DNA of 63,032 bases, filler included, from 16 parts of 16 records of this genome joined end to end with filler, not necessarily neighbours in it, one strand, 5' to 3'. Counted from the whole stretch's first letter, positions 25,130 through 38,774 are shown. A program made the numbers and translations. Notes: generated from the letters alone by a model not told the origin.

Positions 25130-28100
25130 CTCTTTGACCCTATCGCTGCCATCGGTGTCGGTAGAATTATAGGGTGTCAGGGCGAGAGCTACGCGGATAT
25201 CTTCTGTGGTAGTGGTAGTGGGGTAGGCTGAGAATTTCGCAGAGTCCGCACTTGCATAGAGGGAGAGCCCCAGAGAGACAGAGGTACTGGCCTTGCTGCT
25301 TTTGCCGTTATTTTCTTGCGTGTAGGATACCATGATCAGCGTGAAATCGACATCGCATTGTTGTGGTGGGGTCGCGCTAACTTGGCGATTTGCGGTCCCA
25401 AAGCCAAAGTCTAGACTCTCGGCGGACAGAGTCGCTCCATAGAGGCCATGGGACTGCACAGTAAGGGTAGTATCATTCTGGTACGAGGGGAGAGAATACT
25501 TGACTTTTCCAAGGAGCAAAGCAGACATACTGGACTTCATCACGAGCTTGGAGATGGTCTCAGAGCCATCTGTATCCGCATTCGGCTGCAATGTGAAGTT
25601 CAGTGCAGAAATGGTATCTTCGGTAGCTTCGACATTTTCTACATCTTGGAAGAAGCAGCCGTCGCTTTGGGCATTCAGAGCTACAGTGAGCGTGGTATTG
25701 TCACTGAGTGTCCAGTCGAGGCCATTGGCCTCCATGGAGAGCAGTGAGAGAGTGAGCACAAAGTCCACATCGCACTGGCCCATAGGGGTGCCTGACCCCA
25801 GAGAGGTGCGCATCTTGGACGTAAATCCCGTGCCAGATGCGAGAAGCGTAAAGATGCTCTCAGTCGGATCCGTAGTAGAGTTGTTATTAGTATTATCAGT
25901 ACCAGAAGAACCGCTTCCGGAGCCTGTGCCTGTGTCAGTACCATCATCATCATTATCATTGCTATCAGTAGTGTTGGTGGTAGTGGCACTTGTGTCGATA
26001 ATGCCAATAAATGCATAGGATGTTTCCCACACAGACGTAGGCGACACACTAACCAGTCCATCAGAGGGCTGGATCACAATTTGCCGAAGTGTATCAGAGC
26101 TATCAGAGTCTGTGGCAGCTAAGGGGGTGAACACAAAGGCAAAACTGAGATCCTCGGTGCATGTGGTTTGCGCAACCGTGATCAGGACAGGTTCATCACA
26201 TGCACCCTGCACCCCCACACCAACAGACTGTGATGTGCTGTACATGGCGTCCAGGCCGTTGAATTCTACAGAAATCGACCACACCGACAGAGTAAAGTCC
26301 ACATCGCAGTTGAAATTCGGCGACACAGAGAAGCTAGAAATGGAGCTTGATGCTGTGAATCCCGTGCCTACCGCACTGAGAGTGTAGATTTGAGAGAGTA
26401 GTGTGGACCGAGTGAATGATATCGATGACATGCGGATCTGACCAGAACCATAGAACCCGTTGATGCCACTTCTTATCACAAGCTTTTGCGTTTGCTGAGA
26501 AAGATCTGTGTCCGAAAAGAAGGTGCCCATAAGCGGGGTAATCAGCAACCTGACACGGATATCCTCTGTGGTGTTGTAGAATGGGTACACTTCGATTTCG
26601 GGGGCGTCGGCACAGGCACTGAGTGACACACCAACGGTCTGGCTGGTTGAGTATGCAGAGGAGTTCCCGTTTGCCTCCATGCCAATGACAAATGTGGTGA
26701 GCGTGAAGTCTTTATCGCATTGATGTGCTGCAGAGATGGACACTCCCTGGATTCTCGCATACGACGCAAAGCCAGTGCCCGGCGTGGCAGAGGTATTGAA
26801 CGCAGTGGTGAGGGCAAAAGCGGGTTCTGACAGGTACAGTTCCACGAGACGGTCGGAGCTATCAGTATCTTCATTCACCATGGGGGTAATGACCAAGAAC
26901 ACTTGGATATCCTCTGTCACTGCTGTGGAGTTTGCTGCGTCTAAATCAGGGCTATCACAGCGCGCAGTGAGGGAGATACCCAGGCTAGAGGAGGCTGCGA
27001 TGCTGTTTTTGCCATTCTGTTCTGTGGAGATCAAGTTCAGCGTGAGTGTGAAGTCAACATCGCACTGCACGGCGGGCGTGACGCTGGCACCAGGCACGCG
27101 CCGCGTTGGCGTGAAGCCGCTTTCGGCCACAGTGACTGTGTACACTCCTACTTGCGATAGAGAAACCGTCGAGACAATGCCCGAGAAGCTGAGGTATCCT
27201 GCTGCGCTGGCACACACCACAGAGAGCTTGCCCAGAATCTCTGAAAAGTCCGTATCAAGGCCAAGTGCAGGTGTGAATCTCATGGACACTTCACGGTCCT
27301 CGACTACACTTGTGGAAATTGCAGCGTTCTGGAACACGGGAGAGTCTGATTTTGCAGCGAGTAAGATGCCGTACTGCACCGGATCACTAGCACGCTGGTC
27401 CTTGCCGTTGGCCTCTGTGCTGATGGTGCGCAGGTTCATCGTGAAGTCCAGGTCACATTGCACAGCAGGAGACAGCATGAGGGTGGTGATGCCCACCCCC
27501 CAGGAGAAGCCCGAGCCCCACGCTGTAACAGTGTAAAACGGTGCCACAGTCGAGTCAAACGTGTAGAGCAGGTGCATGAAAGTCACGCGCGGCATCACAT
27601 CACCATACGCATGCAAATCCTGGAATGATAGCTTGGTGCATTGCTCAGAGCGGTCCGTATCCGCGAGCAAACTTGGAGTCATATACAGCGATATTTTCAC
27701 ATCCTCCAGAGTACTCGAGGAGCTTGCGGCAATCAGCTTCGGGACATCACCCTGCGCACTGAGGTACATGCGGATAGAGACAGAGGTGCTGCTGCTAGTG
27801 TGCCGTCCATTCAGCTCGGAGGCGACAACTTTCGCATGCCAAGTGAAGTCCAAGTCGCATTGCACAGCAGGCGAAATGCTGAGATTCGAGAGTAGCGCAC
27901 TAGGCGTGAAGCCAGAGGAGGTGCCCAACGCGCTAAGGGTGTACTTTGTGCCACTATACGATGAAACAGTGAACCTGGGCGCAGAAAAAGTCACGGCTCC
28001 TAACTCAGACAGCAAATATACTTGCAGCTTATACACCGAGTCTGAGGCGTCCGTGTCCACCCCCGCCCTGGGGGTAATGCGGTACGCTGTGGCAGTGTCC

Positions 28101-31100
28101 TCCCCTGTCTTGGCAGATGCTAGGCTCTGGAGAGAAGGCTGGTCCGAGATGGCACAGAGCGTGACTTGGTAGGACACAGTAGAGGATAATGCCGTTTTCC
28201 GGCCATTCGTTTCCATGGACCTCATGCGCACGGTGAGTTCAAAGTCAAAATCGCACTGCACGGGTGCAGAGAGAGAGTGGCTTGCGATGACCTTGCTGGA
28301 GGCAAAGCCCGTGCCAGCGAGGGTCAGAGTGTACCAGCGTGTCGCAATCGCAGACGTCGAGTACGCGATCGACGCGAAGCTGAGATAGTCAATTAAAGTC
28401 CCGTTAGTATCGCTTGAGTAGATCAAGGCCCGGAGCCGGTCTGAACCATCCGTATCTACCCCGAAAGTGGGTGACAGGAAGATGGATACTCGGCGGTCTT
28501 CAGTGGCAGAGAATATAGTCGTAGTAGCAGTACTAGTAGTAGGAGTGATAATTCTAGCAGCATCAGACACGGCATGCAGAATAACCCCGATCCAGGAAGT
28601 GGTGCTCGGGAATACATCTCGGTTGTTGTACTCCACAGCGAACGCGCGCGTGGTGATGGTGAAGTCGTTATCGCACTGCACCACGGCGCTCACGCTCAGG
28701 CTGCCCAGCTTCTTCCCCGAGGAAAACCCGATGGGAAGGGCGGTGGCAGTGTAGACCGTCGCGGCCTTCACTTGGTAAGACAACTCGCTGGAGAATGCCA
28801 TGGAGAATGTCATGAAGGGGAAGTTGTCGATGAGTCCCCGGACCATAAACCGATTCAGCCGCTCAGAGATATCAGTATCGTATCCAAAGGCCGGGGTAAT
28901 ATGTAAAGAAAATGAGGAATCCTCAGAACTAGCAGTGGAGAATACTGCGGATATCTTGGGCAAATCTGCATCTGCCTGGACCACGAATGCCACAGAAGAG
29001 CTAGAGCCCACAACAGGGTCCCTGCGGTTCTCATCAATGGCAACTAGGGCGACACTCAGTGTGAAGTCCAGATCACACTGTGTCACAGGCGATGCACTCA
29101 CGGCGCGAATTCTGGTTTTCAGCCCAAATCCTGTGCCGTGACAGGTCACGGTGTACATCAGATTCTGCTTCACGAAGCTCAGGCCTGGGAAGTAGTTGGT
29201 GTTGATGCTCAGGCTGAAGTCCCTGGATTGGCTGGAGACCAAAATCCGGCGAATCAGCTCAGATCCATCTGTATCGTGCATATAGAAGGGCGTGGCTGTG
29301 AGGCTGACACTCATATCTTCGGTGCTGAAAGTGGCGAGAGTAGCCAGCACTGAGACATCAGCCACTGCGGATACTGCAACTGCCAATGGCTCAACAGCCG
29401 ATGCTCTTGCATCTTTACCGTTCTCCTCTACAGACAGGATTCGCATACTTAGCGAGAAATCTGTATCGCACTGCGTCACGGGGCTCCAGCTGAAGGATGG
29501 CACAATTTCACCCGAGGCAAAGCCGCTCCCGGTGATCGAAACCGTGTACACTGCGCCGTCATTCTGCGATGTGGTAGACCTCAGAGCTGAGAAAAACATT
29601 CCCGAGAGAAGCTGCGGGTATGCACTAGCAAAGGACAGCTTGCGCAGCGCATCAGAAGCATCGGTATCGTCCAACAACAGGGGGGTAATCGACACGGTGA
29701 TTTTGCGATCCTCGAGCGCAGAGGTTGTAGAGTAGTACGAGTAGGGGATATCAGCACATGCAGGGATGAGCACGGCAACAGACACAGAGCTGGAGGCGCG
29801 CTCGGCTTTCCCATTCACCTCCTGCGTGATCACGCGTGTGAGTAGTGAAAAGTCGATATCGCATTGCAGGGCAGGCGTGAGGCATAGCCCTTGCATAGGC
29901 GTGTGGGATGCAAACCCGCTGCCGGATGAAGAGCATGTGTAGGATGTATTCGACGCACTTCCGAGCATCGTGATGGGCCGATAGACCACATAGGGGATAA
30001 TGGGCTGAGTGCTATCGGAGAATGACACCTTAGTAATCCGCTCAGAGACATCTGTATCGTACCCAAAGGCAAGCACCACACTCATGGACACTGAAATGTC
30101 CTCTGTGGTTAGAAATACTGCCGGTGCCACGTGAGGCTCATCAATCAGTGCTGAAATGGCTACCCCCAGGGACAGCGAAGTAGATTTGCGCGTGTCTTTC
30201 ATGTTTTCTTCGACTGTGATCACCCGTGATGAGAGCGTGAAATCCACATCGCAGTTTGCCATGGGGCTCATGCTCAAATCCTGGATCAGAATGTCGGACG
30301 CGAACCCAGAGCCGAGAGAAGTGATGGTGAAAAGATTGGAGCCATGTCCCGGGTAGGACTCGAGATGAGTAAACGAAAGCGCCGCAGCAATGGCGCCATT
30401 ACTCGCAATATACATGATTTTGCGCAGTCGGTCTGAGGCGTCCGTGTCGAGCCCAAACTTCGGTGTGTGGTACAGTTTTGCAGAGAAGTCCTCTGTGGTA
30501 GCCAGAGTGACTAGCTTCTGCGCAAAGAACGGTGTATCCGAGCACGCAGAGAGAGGCACAGCCATGGAGAGGGTGGTGCTTTCTTCGACATCGCGGTTAT
30601 TCCGCTCGGAGACGAAGATGGAAGCCGTCAGCACAAAGTCAATGTCGCACTGGTTCGACGCACTCACAAAGAAGTTGGATAGCCGCGCACTGGGTGAGAA
30701 CCCCGTGGTGGTTGAGGACATGGTGTACAAGGTGCCTGATTTCCCCGTCTCGGTGCTGACGGAGTAGTGCAATGCAGAAATGGACCGGACGGAGATTTTG
30801 AAGAGCTGCTCGGAGAGATCCGAGTCTGGGCTTCGAAAGGGCGTGACAAAGAAGGGTACGATAGTGTCCTCGGATGCAGAGGTCATGGAGTCCATCTGCA
30901 AGAATGCTGCATCGGATACACTCGAAATCATCACTGCGATGGATAGGGTTGTGCTTGACCGAATGGACTTGTTGTTTTCCTCGACGACAAACAAGGACAA
31001 TGTGAGCGAAAAGTCCACATCGCACTGCCAGGACGCGCTAGTGCTGAAGTAGGGCACCAGTTCTGAGGACGCGAAGCCTGTGCCTTGCGCTGTGAGCGTG

Positions 31101-34100
31101 AAGAACGAGCCTTGAACCGTGCTGCTGCACTCAGAGAGCGAAGTGAACCGAATGTGCGAAATCACGGGCGAGAAGAGGCTCACTTTGCGCAGCGGATCGG
31201 ACAGATCAGTGTCCAGTCCAAACGCGGGAGTCATGCGTAGCACTACTCGAATATCCTCGGAAGTATTCGACGACGACATGGCACTAATATCTGGCATATC
31301 GGCACTGGATATGATCTGAATGCCCAAGGATTGCGACGTGCTGGAGATCTGGTCATGTGAATTGCCTTCCACGCTGAACACATTCGCCGATAAAGTGAAG
31401 TCCACATCACACTGGAAGGCAGCACTCATGCTGAAGGAGGAAACTTTTGCCCGCCAAGAAAAGCCAGTCCCAGGCATGGTAACAGTATAGGCAGAACCAA
31501 GTAATAAAGACACTGAGGAGGAGGGCACATGAGAAATCACATTCCCAAGCATCACGTGTGTGAGGCGCAGCTTCAAAAGCGCATCCGAAAGATCCGTGTC
31601 CGCCCCCGATAACGGCGTGATATCCAATCGGAACTGAATGTCCTCTGTGCTGAGTGTGGAGGAGAGAGCTTGGATCGAGGGCTCGTCGGCTCGCGCATGG
31701 ACATTGAATGCAATGCTAGTTGTGGCACTGAATGCCTTGTTGACATTGTTGCGCTCAAAGTACAGGCCCTGGAACGTGAAGGTGAAGTCCACATCGCACT
31801 GCACCGCAGGGCTGATGTAGAAGTTTTGCTGCCCGACAAAGGGCGCAAAGCCACTCCCAAACACTGTCAATGTGTACCGTGGGCTTGTAAGCTTGGAGAT
31901 GGACAGTGAGGGTGCAGAAAATGTCACCTTGTTGGAGATATCGCGCACAGAAATGGACGGTGACCGCTCGGAAAGATCGGTGTCCACGAGGAGCGTTGGA
32001 GTCCACACTAAGGAGATTTTGCTATCTTCTGTGGCCGCGGTTAACGCAGGGACCAAAAACACACTCGGGTCGCAAACTGCAGTGATTTTCACCCCTGCAG
32101 TGTGCGAAGGCGACTTGAAATCATCCTTGCCATTGGCCTCGACGCTGATGAATGTCGCAGTGAATGTGTAGTCCACATCGCACTGCACCGCAGAGCTCAC
32201 ACTCACTGCTGATATGAGTTTTCCAGAGGTAAATCCTGTCTGGACGGGTCCTGTGATGGTGTAGAAATCAGAATCGAGCGCGAGAGTTGCACTGACAAAG
32301 CTGAACGTTCTCTTGTTGATGTTGGATGTCTGAAAGAGCACTTTGATGATCTGGTCAGAATTGTCCGTGTCTGTGGTTTGGAAGGGAGTTAGCTTGATAC
32401 TGTGAATGATATCCTCAGTGGTCGAGTACGAGTTTGTGATCGAAATGAATGGCTTGTCAGTCACGGCTTGGATGGAGAATCCCACAGTAATTCCACTCGA
32501 ATGCATATCGAGCCCGTTGGCTTCCACAGAGGAAAAGAAAATGGACAGGGTGAAGTCGAGGTCACATTGCACGAGCGGACTCACAGACAGAGAGGCGAAG
32601 AGAGCAGAATTCGCAAAGCCAGTGCCATGAGAAGTGACAGTGAACACACCAGACGCAACCGAGCTAGCCAGACCAGAATTCGAAGGGACGTGGAAGCTCA
32701 AGGATGTGATGTGAGAGTGCCGGGTAAACATAGTCCGCAGGTCCTCAGAACGATCTGAGTCGATAGTGTGGGGAGTTACCATTAGGGGCGCAAAAAGATC
32801 CTCCGTGGAACTGGTGCTCGAGATGGACGTGATGACTGGGAAGTCGGCATACGCCTGCCAGACAATGCCGATGGACAGAGAGGTAGAGATGGTCTTTGCA
32901 CGCCCGTTTTCCTCAGCGCCTGTGAGCTGCACACTGAGCGAGAAGTCCACGTCACACTGTGCAGAATGTGACACGCTTAGCGCGAGAATCTGCGAGGATG
33001 CGAAACCCGTGCCCAGCGCCGTGAGCGTCATGAGCGAGGAAGCAATGGAGGACGATGTTAGCGGGATCGCAGCAAAGGTCACGAGCATGGGTGTGGTTGT
33101 GGTCACGAGTTTGCGCAGTCTGTCAGAGGCATCTGTGTCGATGCCAAAGACCGGTGTCGCGCGAATTTGGAATTTCATGTCCTCTGTGGCCGTCGAAAAG
33201 GTGAGCTGAATCGACGGCTCCTCTCCCACAGCCGAGATGAGGATCTTGACGGTTGCGGAGGTGCTGATCTCAGGATCGCGCGTGTTCTCCTCGACACTGA
33301 CAGAGTACACTTTCAAGCTGAAGTCCAGGTCGCACTGCACACTGGGTGTGATGCTGAGCAGCTTAATGCGGGCATTGGTGCCGAATCCCGTGCCTCGCGC
33401 AGACAGGGTGTAGATAGTAGTCGCAATGCTGGAGGTGGAGTACGTCAGCGGCTTGAACGTCGAGAACTCTGGCACATTGATGACTGCGATACTGCGCAGC
33501 CACTCTGAGCGGTCTGTGTCCGCCCCGCGCGTAGGGGTGATTAATAACATGGCTTGGAAGTCCTCTGTGGTGCTAGTGGTGGCAAAGCAGCGTACAGTGG
33601 GTGTCTGTGCCACGCCCGTGATCATGACGGGTACTTTGGTGGCTGTGGCGCTTCGGGCGTCCTTGCCGTTCTGCTCGGAGCCGAAGAGTCGCATGGTGAG
33701 TGTGAAGTCGACATCGCACTGCGGCCACGGGGACACAGAGAAATCCTTGAGTCTCGCCAAGGGCTGGAAGCCAGTGCCACCCGCAGTGATGGTGAATGTG
33801 GTGCTCACACGGAGCACAGAGGACCCAATGGTGGAAAAGGTAACGGAGGTTATTACTTTAGACACCATAGATAAGATACCGAATCGCTCGCTCTGGTCCG
33901 TATCGACAGATCCAGGAGTTAGCAGCAGTAGGGTTTTTCTGGATTCGGTGGTCAGCGTGACAGGGAAGCCAATACTAGGGGTGTCCATGGCCGTCGTGAC
34001 CTGAATGGCTATGCTTTTTGTGGTGCTCACTGAGGATGATGAGTATTGATTGTTCTCGCCGGATATGCACTTGATGCTGAATGTGAAGTCCAAGTCACAC

Positions 34101-35139
34101 TGCGCGACCGGACTCAAACTGAAAGTGGAAAATTTGGCAGCAGTTGCGAAGCCAGTGCCGCTGGCTATGAGCGTGAAGGTAGTCGAGGCAGCTGCAGATG
34201 CCATGGCAGAAATGGACGGGAAGCGCACCCCCTGGGGGATGTTCGTCAGCACGGCTTTGACAAGAACCTCAGACCCATCCGTGTCCAGGCTATCGGTGCG
34301 AGTCGGGGTGGCTGTGAGCATCACTTTCACATCCTCTGTGACCACAGTGCTGGTGCCTGTGGCAAGCGTGGGCTGGCTCGAGAGTCCAATCACAGCAATA
34401 CGCATTGTGGTAGAGCCCGATGCTTCATTCCCATTATTCTGCTCCACAGAGTACAGAGTTGCTGTGAGGGTCATGTCCACATCGCAATTCACTGCAGGCG
34501 ACAGTGAAAAGGAAGTGAATTTCCTCAAGGGGGTGAACCCTGTGGACGATGCTGAGGTCACGGTGAATAGTGACGCTGTCTGCGCATAGGTGCCCCCAGA
34601 GTTGAACATGAAAGTCACACGGGAAAGTACCCCTCCAGCAGGGGTATCGTGGACTTTCAGCTTGTGCAGAAATTCTGAAGAGTCTGTGTCTGTGAGGGCG
34701 GGAGTTGCAATGATGGCTATTTTCATGTTTTCGGTGGTGGTCATGACGCTTGTAGAGAGAGTAGGGCTATCAGTGACTGATGTGAGGGATACCCCGAGGC
34801 TCTGTGTGGTGGACGCAGACTGATCGGACTTGAGAATCACGAAGCTGAGTGTAAAGTCCACATCGCAGTTCACAGTTGCAGAAACGCTAAGTCCAGAAGT
34901 GAGCAGCTTGTGGGTGAATCCCGATCCCGTGTGGGTTAGGGTGTAGAGGGTGGCGGCTAGCGTGGACACTGTGCTCGAGAGCGCTGAGAATGACACGTGT
35001 GAAGACGGCAGCTGCTTTGCAACAAGCTTGTGCAGCGTTTCGGAGGTGTCGGTTTGTGCCAGTGCCGGTGTGAGCCGAAGCGATACGCGGTGATCCTCGG
35101 ATGTGCTGGTTGGTGAGATCACGGACAGCTGGGGGGACT
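25130..35139 (-). CDS. Giant Ser/Thr-rich repeat protein with at least 25 tandem ~128-aa Ig/cadherin-like repeats; one >10-kb exon, partial at both ends
   Basis: Uninterrupted ORF with 25 copies of (Q/N)CDxD(F/Y/M) about 385 nt apart. Unit consensus AxxDxP...TED...TP...DTDxSE...YTxTxxGTGF...SPxxQCDxDFT...ExN. A pyrimidine tract and CAG acceptor at 35140-35142 mark the exon start. Confidence 0.9.
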
Positions 35140-36061
35140 CTGTGAATAGAAAAGAGGGGGGGAAGATGAAGGCAATTAGAATAGCAGAAGAAGTAGAAGA
35201 ATGGGATAGATTCGGAGAGATAGAACAAGATGAGAGAGGTAGCGAAAAAAAGAAAGAAATAGGGGGGGAGTTGTGAATCACGAACGCGAAGTAGAATAGC
35301 CGGAAAGAGTCACATCATCATCATCATTTATTTATATCCACAACTAACGAAAGTACGCGTGGATAANNNNNNNNNNNNNNNNNNNNNNNNNNNNNNNNNN
35401 NNNNNNNNNNTTAATTAATTAANNNNNNNNNNNNNNNNNNNNNNNNNNNNNNNNNNNNNNNNNNNNTCGAATTTTTCAGAGTCAAAATAAATCACGATAA
35501 AATAACTGACGTCCTTCGGATAGTCCTCGGTGCCGCGACCTTGGGCTCTCCTCGGAAACCTGACACTCATTTTAAAGTACGAAAGCTAGTACAGGAACAC
35601 AGGGTGTCAATCGAAAGATAAGGTCGTTGCTTTTTTTATATCCAACTTTAGCCCTATCATCCTCTCAAGAGAAACATTCGAGATTTAATATCGCTTTCCT
35701 CTGTCTACACTACACCCCTCAAGAGAAACACCTCATTTCGAATATCTAGGACCCGACCTGACTCGAGGGTGCCCAAGAACCTGCAGTCTCACTTTCATCG
35801 TATTTCAACGTTCGCTAAAAGCAGGTTAGGGACGCGACGGTTAAACCCAGTTTCACCCTTTTAGCGAAAGGAGGATTACGTGAGGGTCGGTTTGATTTAC
35901 GGTATGAATGGGTCAAACCGACCTTAATCGATATTCTCATTAGGCTGAAAGGGGTGTGAGCGGTTAGGAAATCACAGGCTCTCTCAGAGCTCGGCGGGGA
36001 GCTCATCTGCGTCCGATAGCCAGCTGTGATGGGTGGAAGCAGAGGTAGGAAGAAAGCTTAC

Positions 36062-37213
36062 GAAACAATTCATGGTACGGGAGTAATAGGGCAGAATAGC
36101 AAGGATGTGCAGCAGCAGTATAGCACAGAGTGCACAGAAGATGAAAGCCTTCCAGCGGGAATGGCCGTTGAGGAAAGCATGCAAGAACACGCCGATTGTC
36201 CTGACTAATGTGTAGTAGAAGGCAGCTCGCCCCGTGGAGCATGCCGTCGGCACTGACGCGATAGGGTTCTTCTCGAAGTCACTACAACACATGTTACCAA
36301 AACACTGCCAGCTCAGCACCCACGCCTAGAGGCACACACGTCCACACGAAGCCAAGAGTTGTGGGAATACTTACGCAACGGACATAACGAGACAAAGGGG
36401 GATGAAAAGACTCAGTGCGATGATTGACAGGGCTTGCATGACCATGATCTTTGGTTCGTCTCCGTGCGATTCGTCGTCCTCGAAGTAATCATAGCTTGTG
36501 ACTTGATGACTCAGTGGCATAGTCAAAATCTCACAGAAAGGAATGAAACCGATTGTGACGAAACCTTTCACTGCAACCCGCAAGATTTTCATGGGCCAAA
36601 CGTGCTCGTACGAATTCGTCTGGTCAAATAAATCAGAGGTATGAGCGAATCTGAAGAGGAAGTTGAGAGTGTAATAAACCTGAAACTGGCGAATGACATA
36701 GAGGGCATTGCCTATTGAACCGAACACGAGGATGACTACAATCCAGTGGATGATGTACAACGCCTCGAAGTTGTGACGCGGGAAGTAGAAATTGATGTAT
36801 TGTGCTGCCTTATCGAGCCAGACAACTTGATCTTCGGGCCAACCAACACTTGTGTTGACTACAAGCTGTAGCATCTCTGCACATGGATGAATCAGAAGGA
36901 AGACAGATCTGATTTATTTACGGATGCATACGGATGAAGTCTGCGAAGACGAGAAAAAGATTGCAGACGTTATTTTGGAGAGATGCTTTCTCGCTTTCTG
37001 TCATGACATGCATGACAGCGAAGACTGCAGTCTCGATCCGCGCCTACACCATGTTGCATCGTTAGCGAAGTGATTCAGACAAAGGAATGAGTATGACAAC
37101 AACCCTCCCCACAAACAAAAAAAAAAAAACACGAGGAGGGAGCAGTGATATTCAGAGGGAGATGAGCTTTGTACCTTGAGCGAATTGCTTGACCCTGGAT
37201 CCGAATAACCCAT
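36062..37213 (-). CDS. TmcB/TmcC (tiny macrocysts)-like membrane protein, N-terminal part, 3' partial
   Basis: Exons from ATG 37213 give IETAVFAVMHVM...FLVFADFIQML...VWPMKILRVAVKGFVTIGFIPFCEIL...ACSTGRAAFYY...LPYYSRTMNCF, the TM pattern of TmcB-like proteins. Confidence 0.7.
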
Positions 37214-37367
37214 GTTGTTCAATATTCGGGTCTTTCGAATGAAAAATTAGGGGGTTTTCATCAATGAGCTATGTGACCAACGCAAGCATTTATTCAGTGC
37301 TGCTCGGGCCTGATTCCCGCTTTTCTGAGCGGCCCTAACTTCCCCCGTTCGGCGTGTCCATTCCAAA

Positions 37368-38504
37368 ATGGCTAGTAGCATTTCTGTTGATGCACTTCTG
37401 AGCTTTGCTCCAATGTAGTTCTTGCTTTCGTTGCATGAAATTCAACCGCTCACTCTTTCTTGATAGTTCTGATGAGGTTCGCTATCATCTCAAGCAAACT
37501 TATGCTTGTCTGTCGCTGATGATGGTCTCTGCTGCTATGGGTACATATTTCTATATGTTGGTATGGCGCTTCCTCTTCCGATACACTATTTTTACAAGAG
37601 CTGATCTGCACCGTTGTTTTTCCTACTCTATTCAAAACCACGTCCAATTTTTAACAAGATGTTAATGCGCTTCTGACTGTGCGTCCTTGTTTCAACTCGT
37701 GCAGACTCATGTTGCACCGATAGCTCTCTCGCTTGCATGCCTCGGATGTTTAATGTGGTCAATGAATTTATCTGTGTATCAGTCACCACAGCAAAAGTTG
37801 CTTGCAACCCTTGCTTTTGCTTTCTTCAAAGGCGCCTCAATTGGGTCTCTTGTTGAGTTTGCTATGTTCATTGACCCTATGTAATTTATTTTCTTCTGTT
37901 TCAATACATCATGTACTCACAATGATGTAGGATTGTCCTCAATGCTCTGCTGGGTACTATGGTTGTGTTCCTCTGCTTCTCTGGGAGCGCTCTCTTTGCC
38001 AAGGTATCCCTTCACCTCGCATCCCTTCTGGCTCATCGATTCTTTGAACTTTCTGTTGTAGCGTCGATCATATTTGTTCCTCGGTGGTATCCTGGCAAGC
38101 GGCATCTCGCTGCTTGTGATGCTCTCCCTTTTCAATATTTTCTTTAGGTCTGTTCAACCATCTTTCGAATCGTTTGGATCGACTCATCATGTTTGGTTGT
38201 TTGTACAGGCTTCCAGGTGTATCATTCCTTCAGATTTATGGAGGTCTTTTGATCTTCAGTGGATATGTCATCGTTGATACTCAACTCATTATCGAGAAAG
38301 CATCTCATGGCAAAGCCGATTATGTCTCGCATGCCGTTGAGCTTTTCATTGGTCAGAATTCTATCGAACTATTTCTCTCTCTTCGTGAAATTGACTTCTT
38401 TTATTTCTTTGTCGTTAGATCTTGTTGCGATCCTCGTGCGAGTCTTGATTATATTGATGGATCGGGAGAAGAAGAGAAAGCAAAACTCCAACAGCAGGCG
38501 CTAA
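37368..38504 (+). CDS. BI-1: Bax inhibitor-1 (TMBIM6 family), complete, multi-exon
   Basis: MASSISVDALL...VRYHLKQTYACL...FAFFKGASIG...VFLCFSGSALFAK|RRSYLFLGGIL...IFSGYVIVDTQLIIEKA..G..DYVSHAVELFI|DLV...RVLIILM, a basic tail, then TAA. Confidence 0.93.
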
Positions 38505-38774
38505 ACAGCACTATAGAGCGAGGTTTCAAGCTGCTGATGAGCAACAACTGACAACAACTGTCAAATAGTTTAATGCCGTTTGATGCCGTAAATATAAATC
38601 CCCTTCAGAAAAGCACCGTGGTACATGGAAAGTCGGAAGTTTTGTTCCAAGAGTTTCAAGTTTTCAGCCAGCACCAGCCAGCACGAGTTAATAAATGAAC
38701 CGACGAAGCCACTTCTCTTGTTCTCACGCAAAAAGAAATGAGAACTGTAAAAAATTGTTCATTTTCACATTTTA

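Noticed and set aside
25130-25200. Direct join between the two repeat contigs
   Set aside because: No overlap between this contig end and 59695, and composition differs; unresolved without long reads.
25448-34823. Many plus-strand ORFs within the giant gene
   Set aside because: Antisense shadows that mirror the repeat period.
35140-35281. Hydrophobic 'N-terminus' of the 3399-aa ORF as a signal peptide
   Set aside because: It begins at a non-ATG codon and is read-through of a pyrimidine-rich tract ending in CAG, most likely intron.
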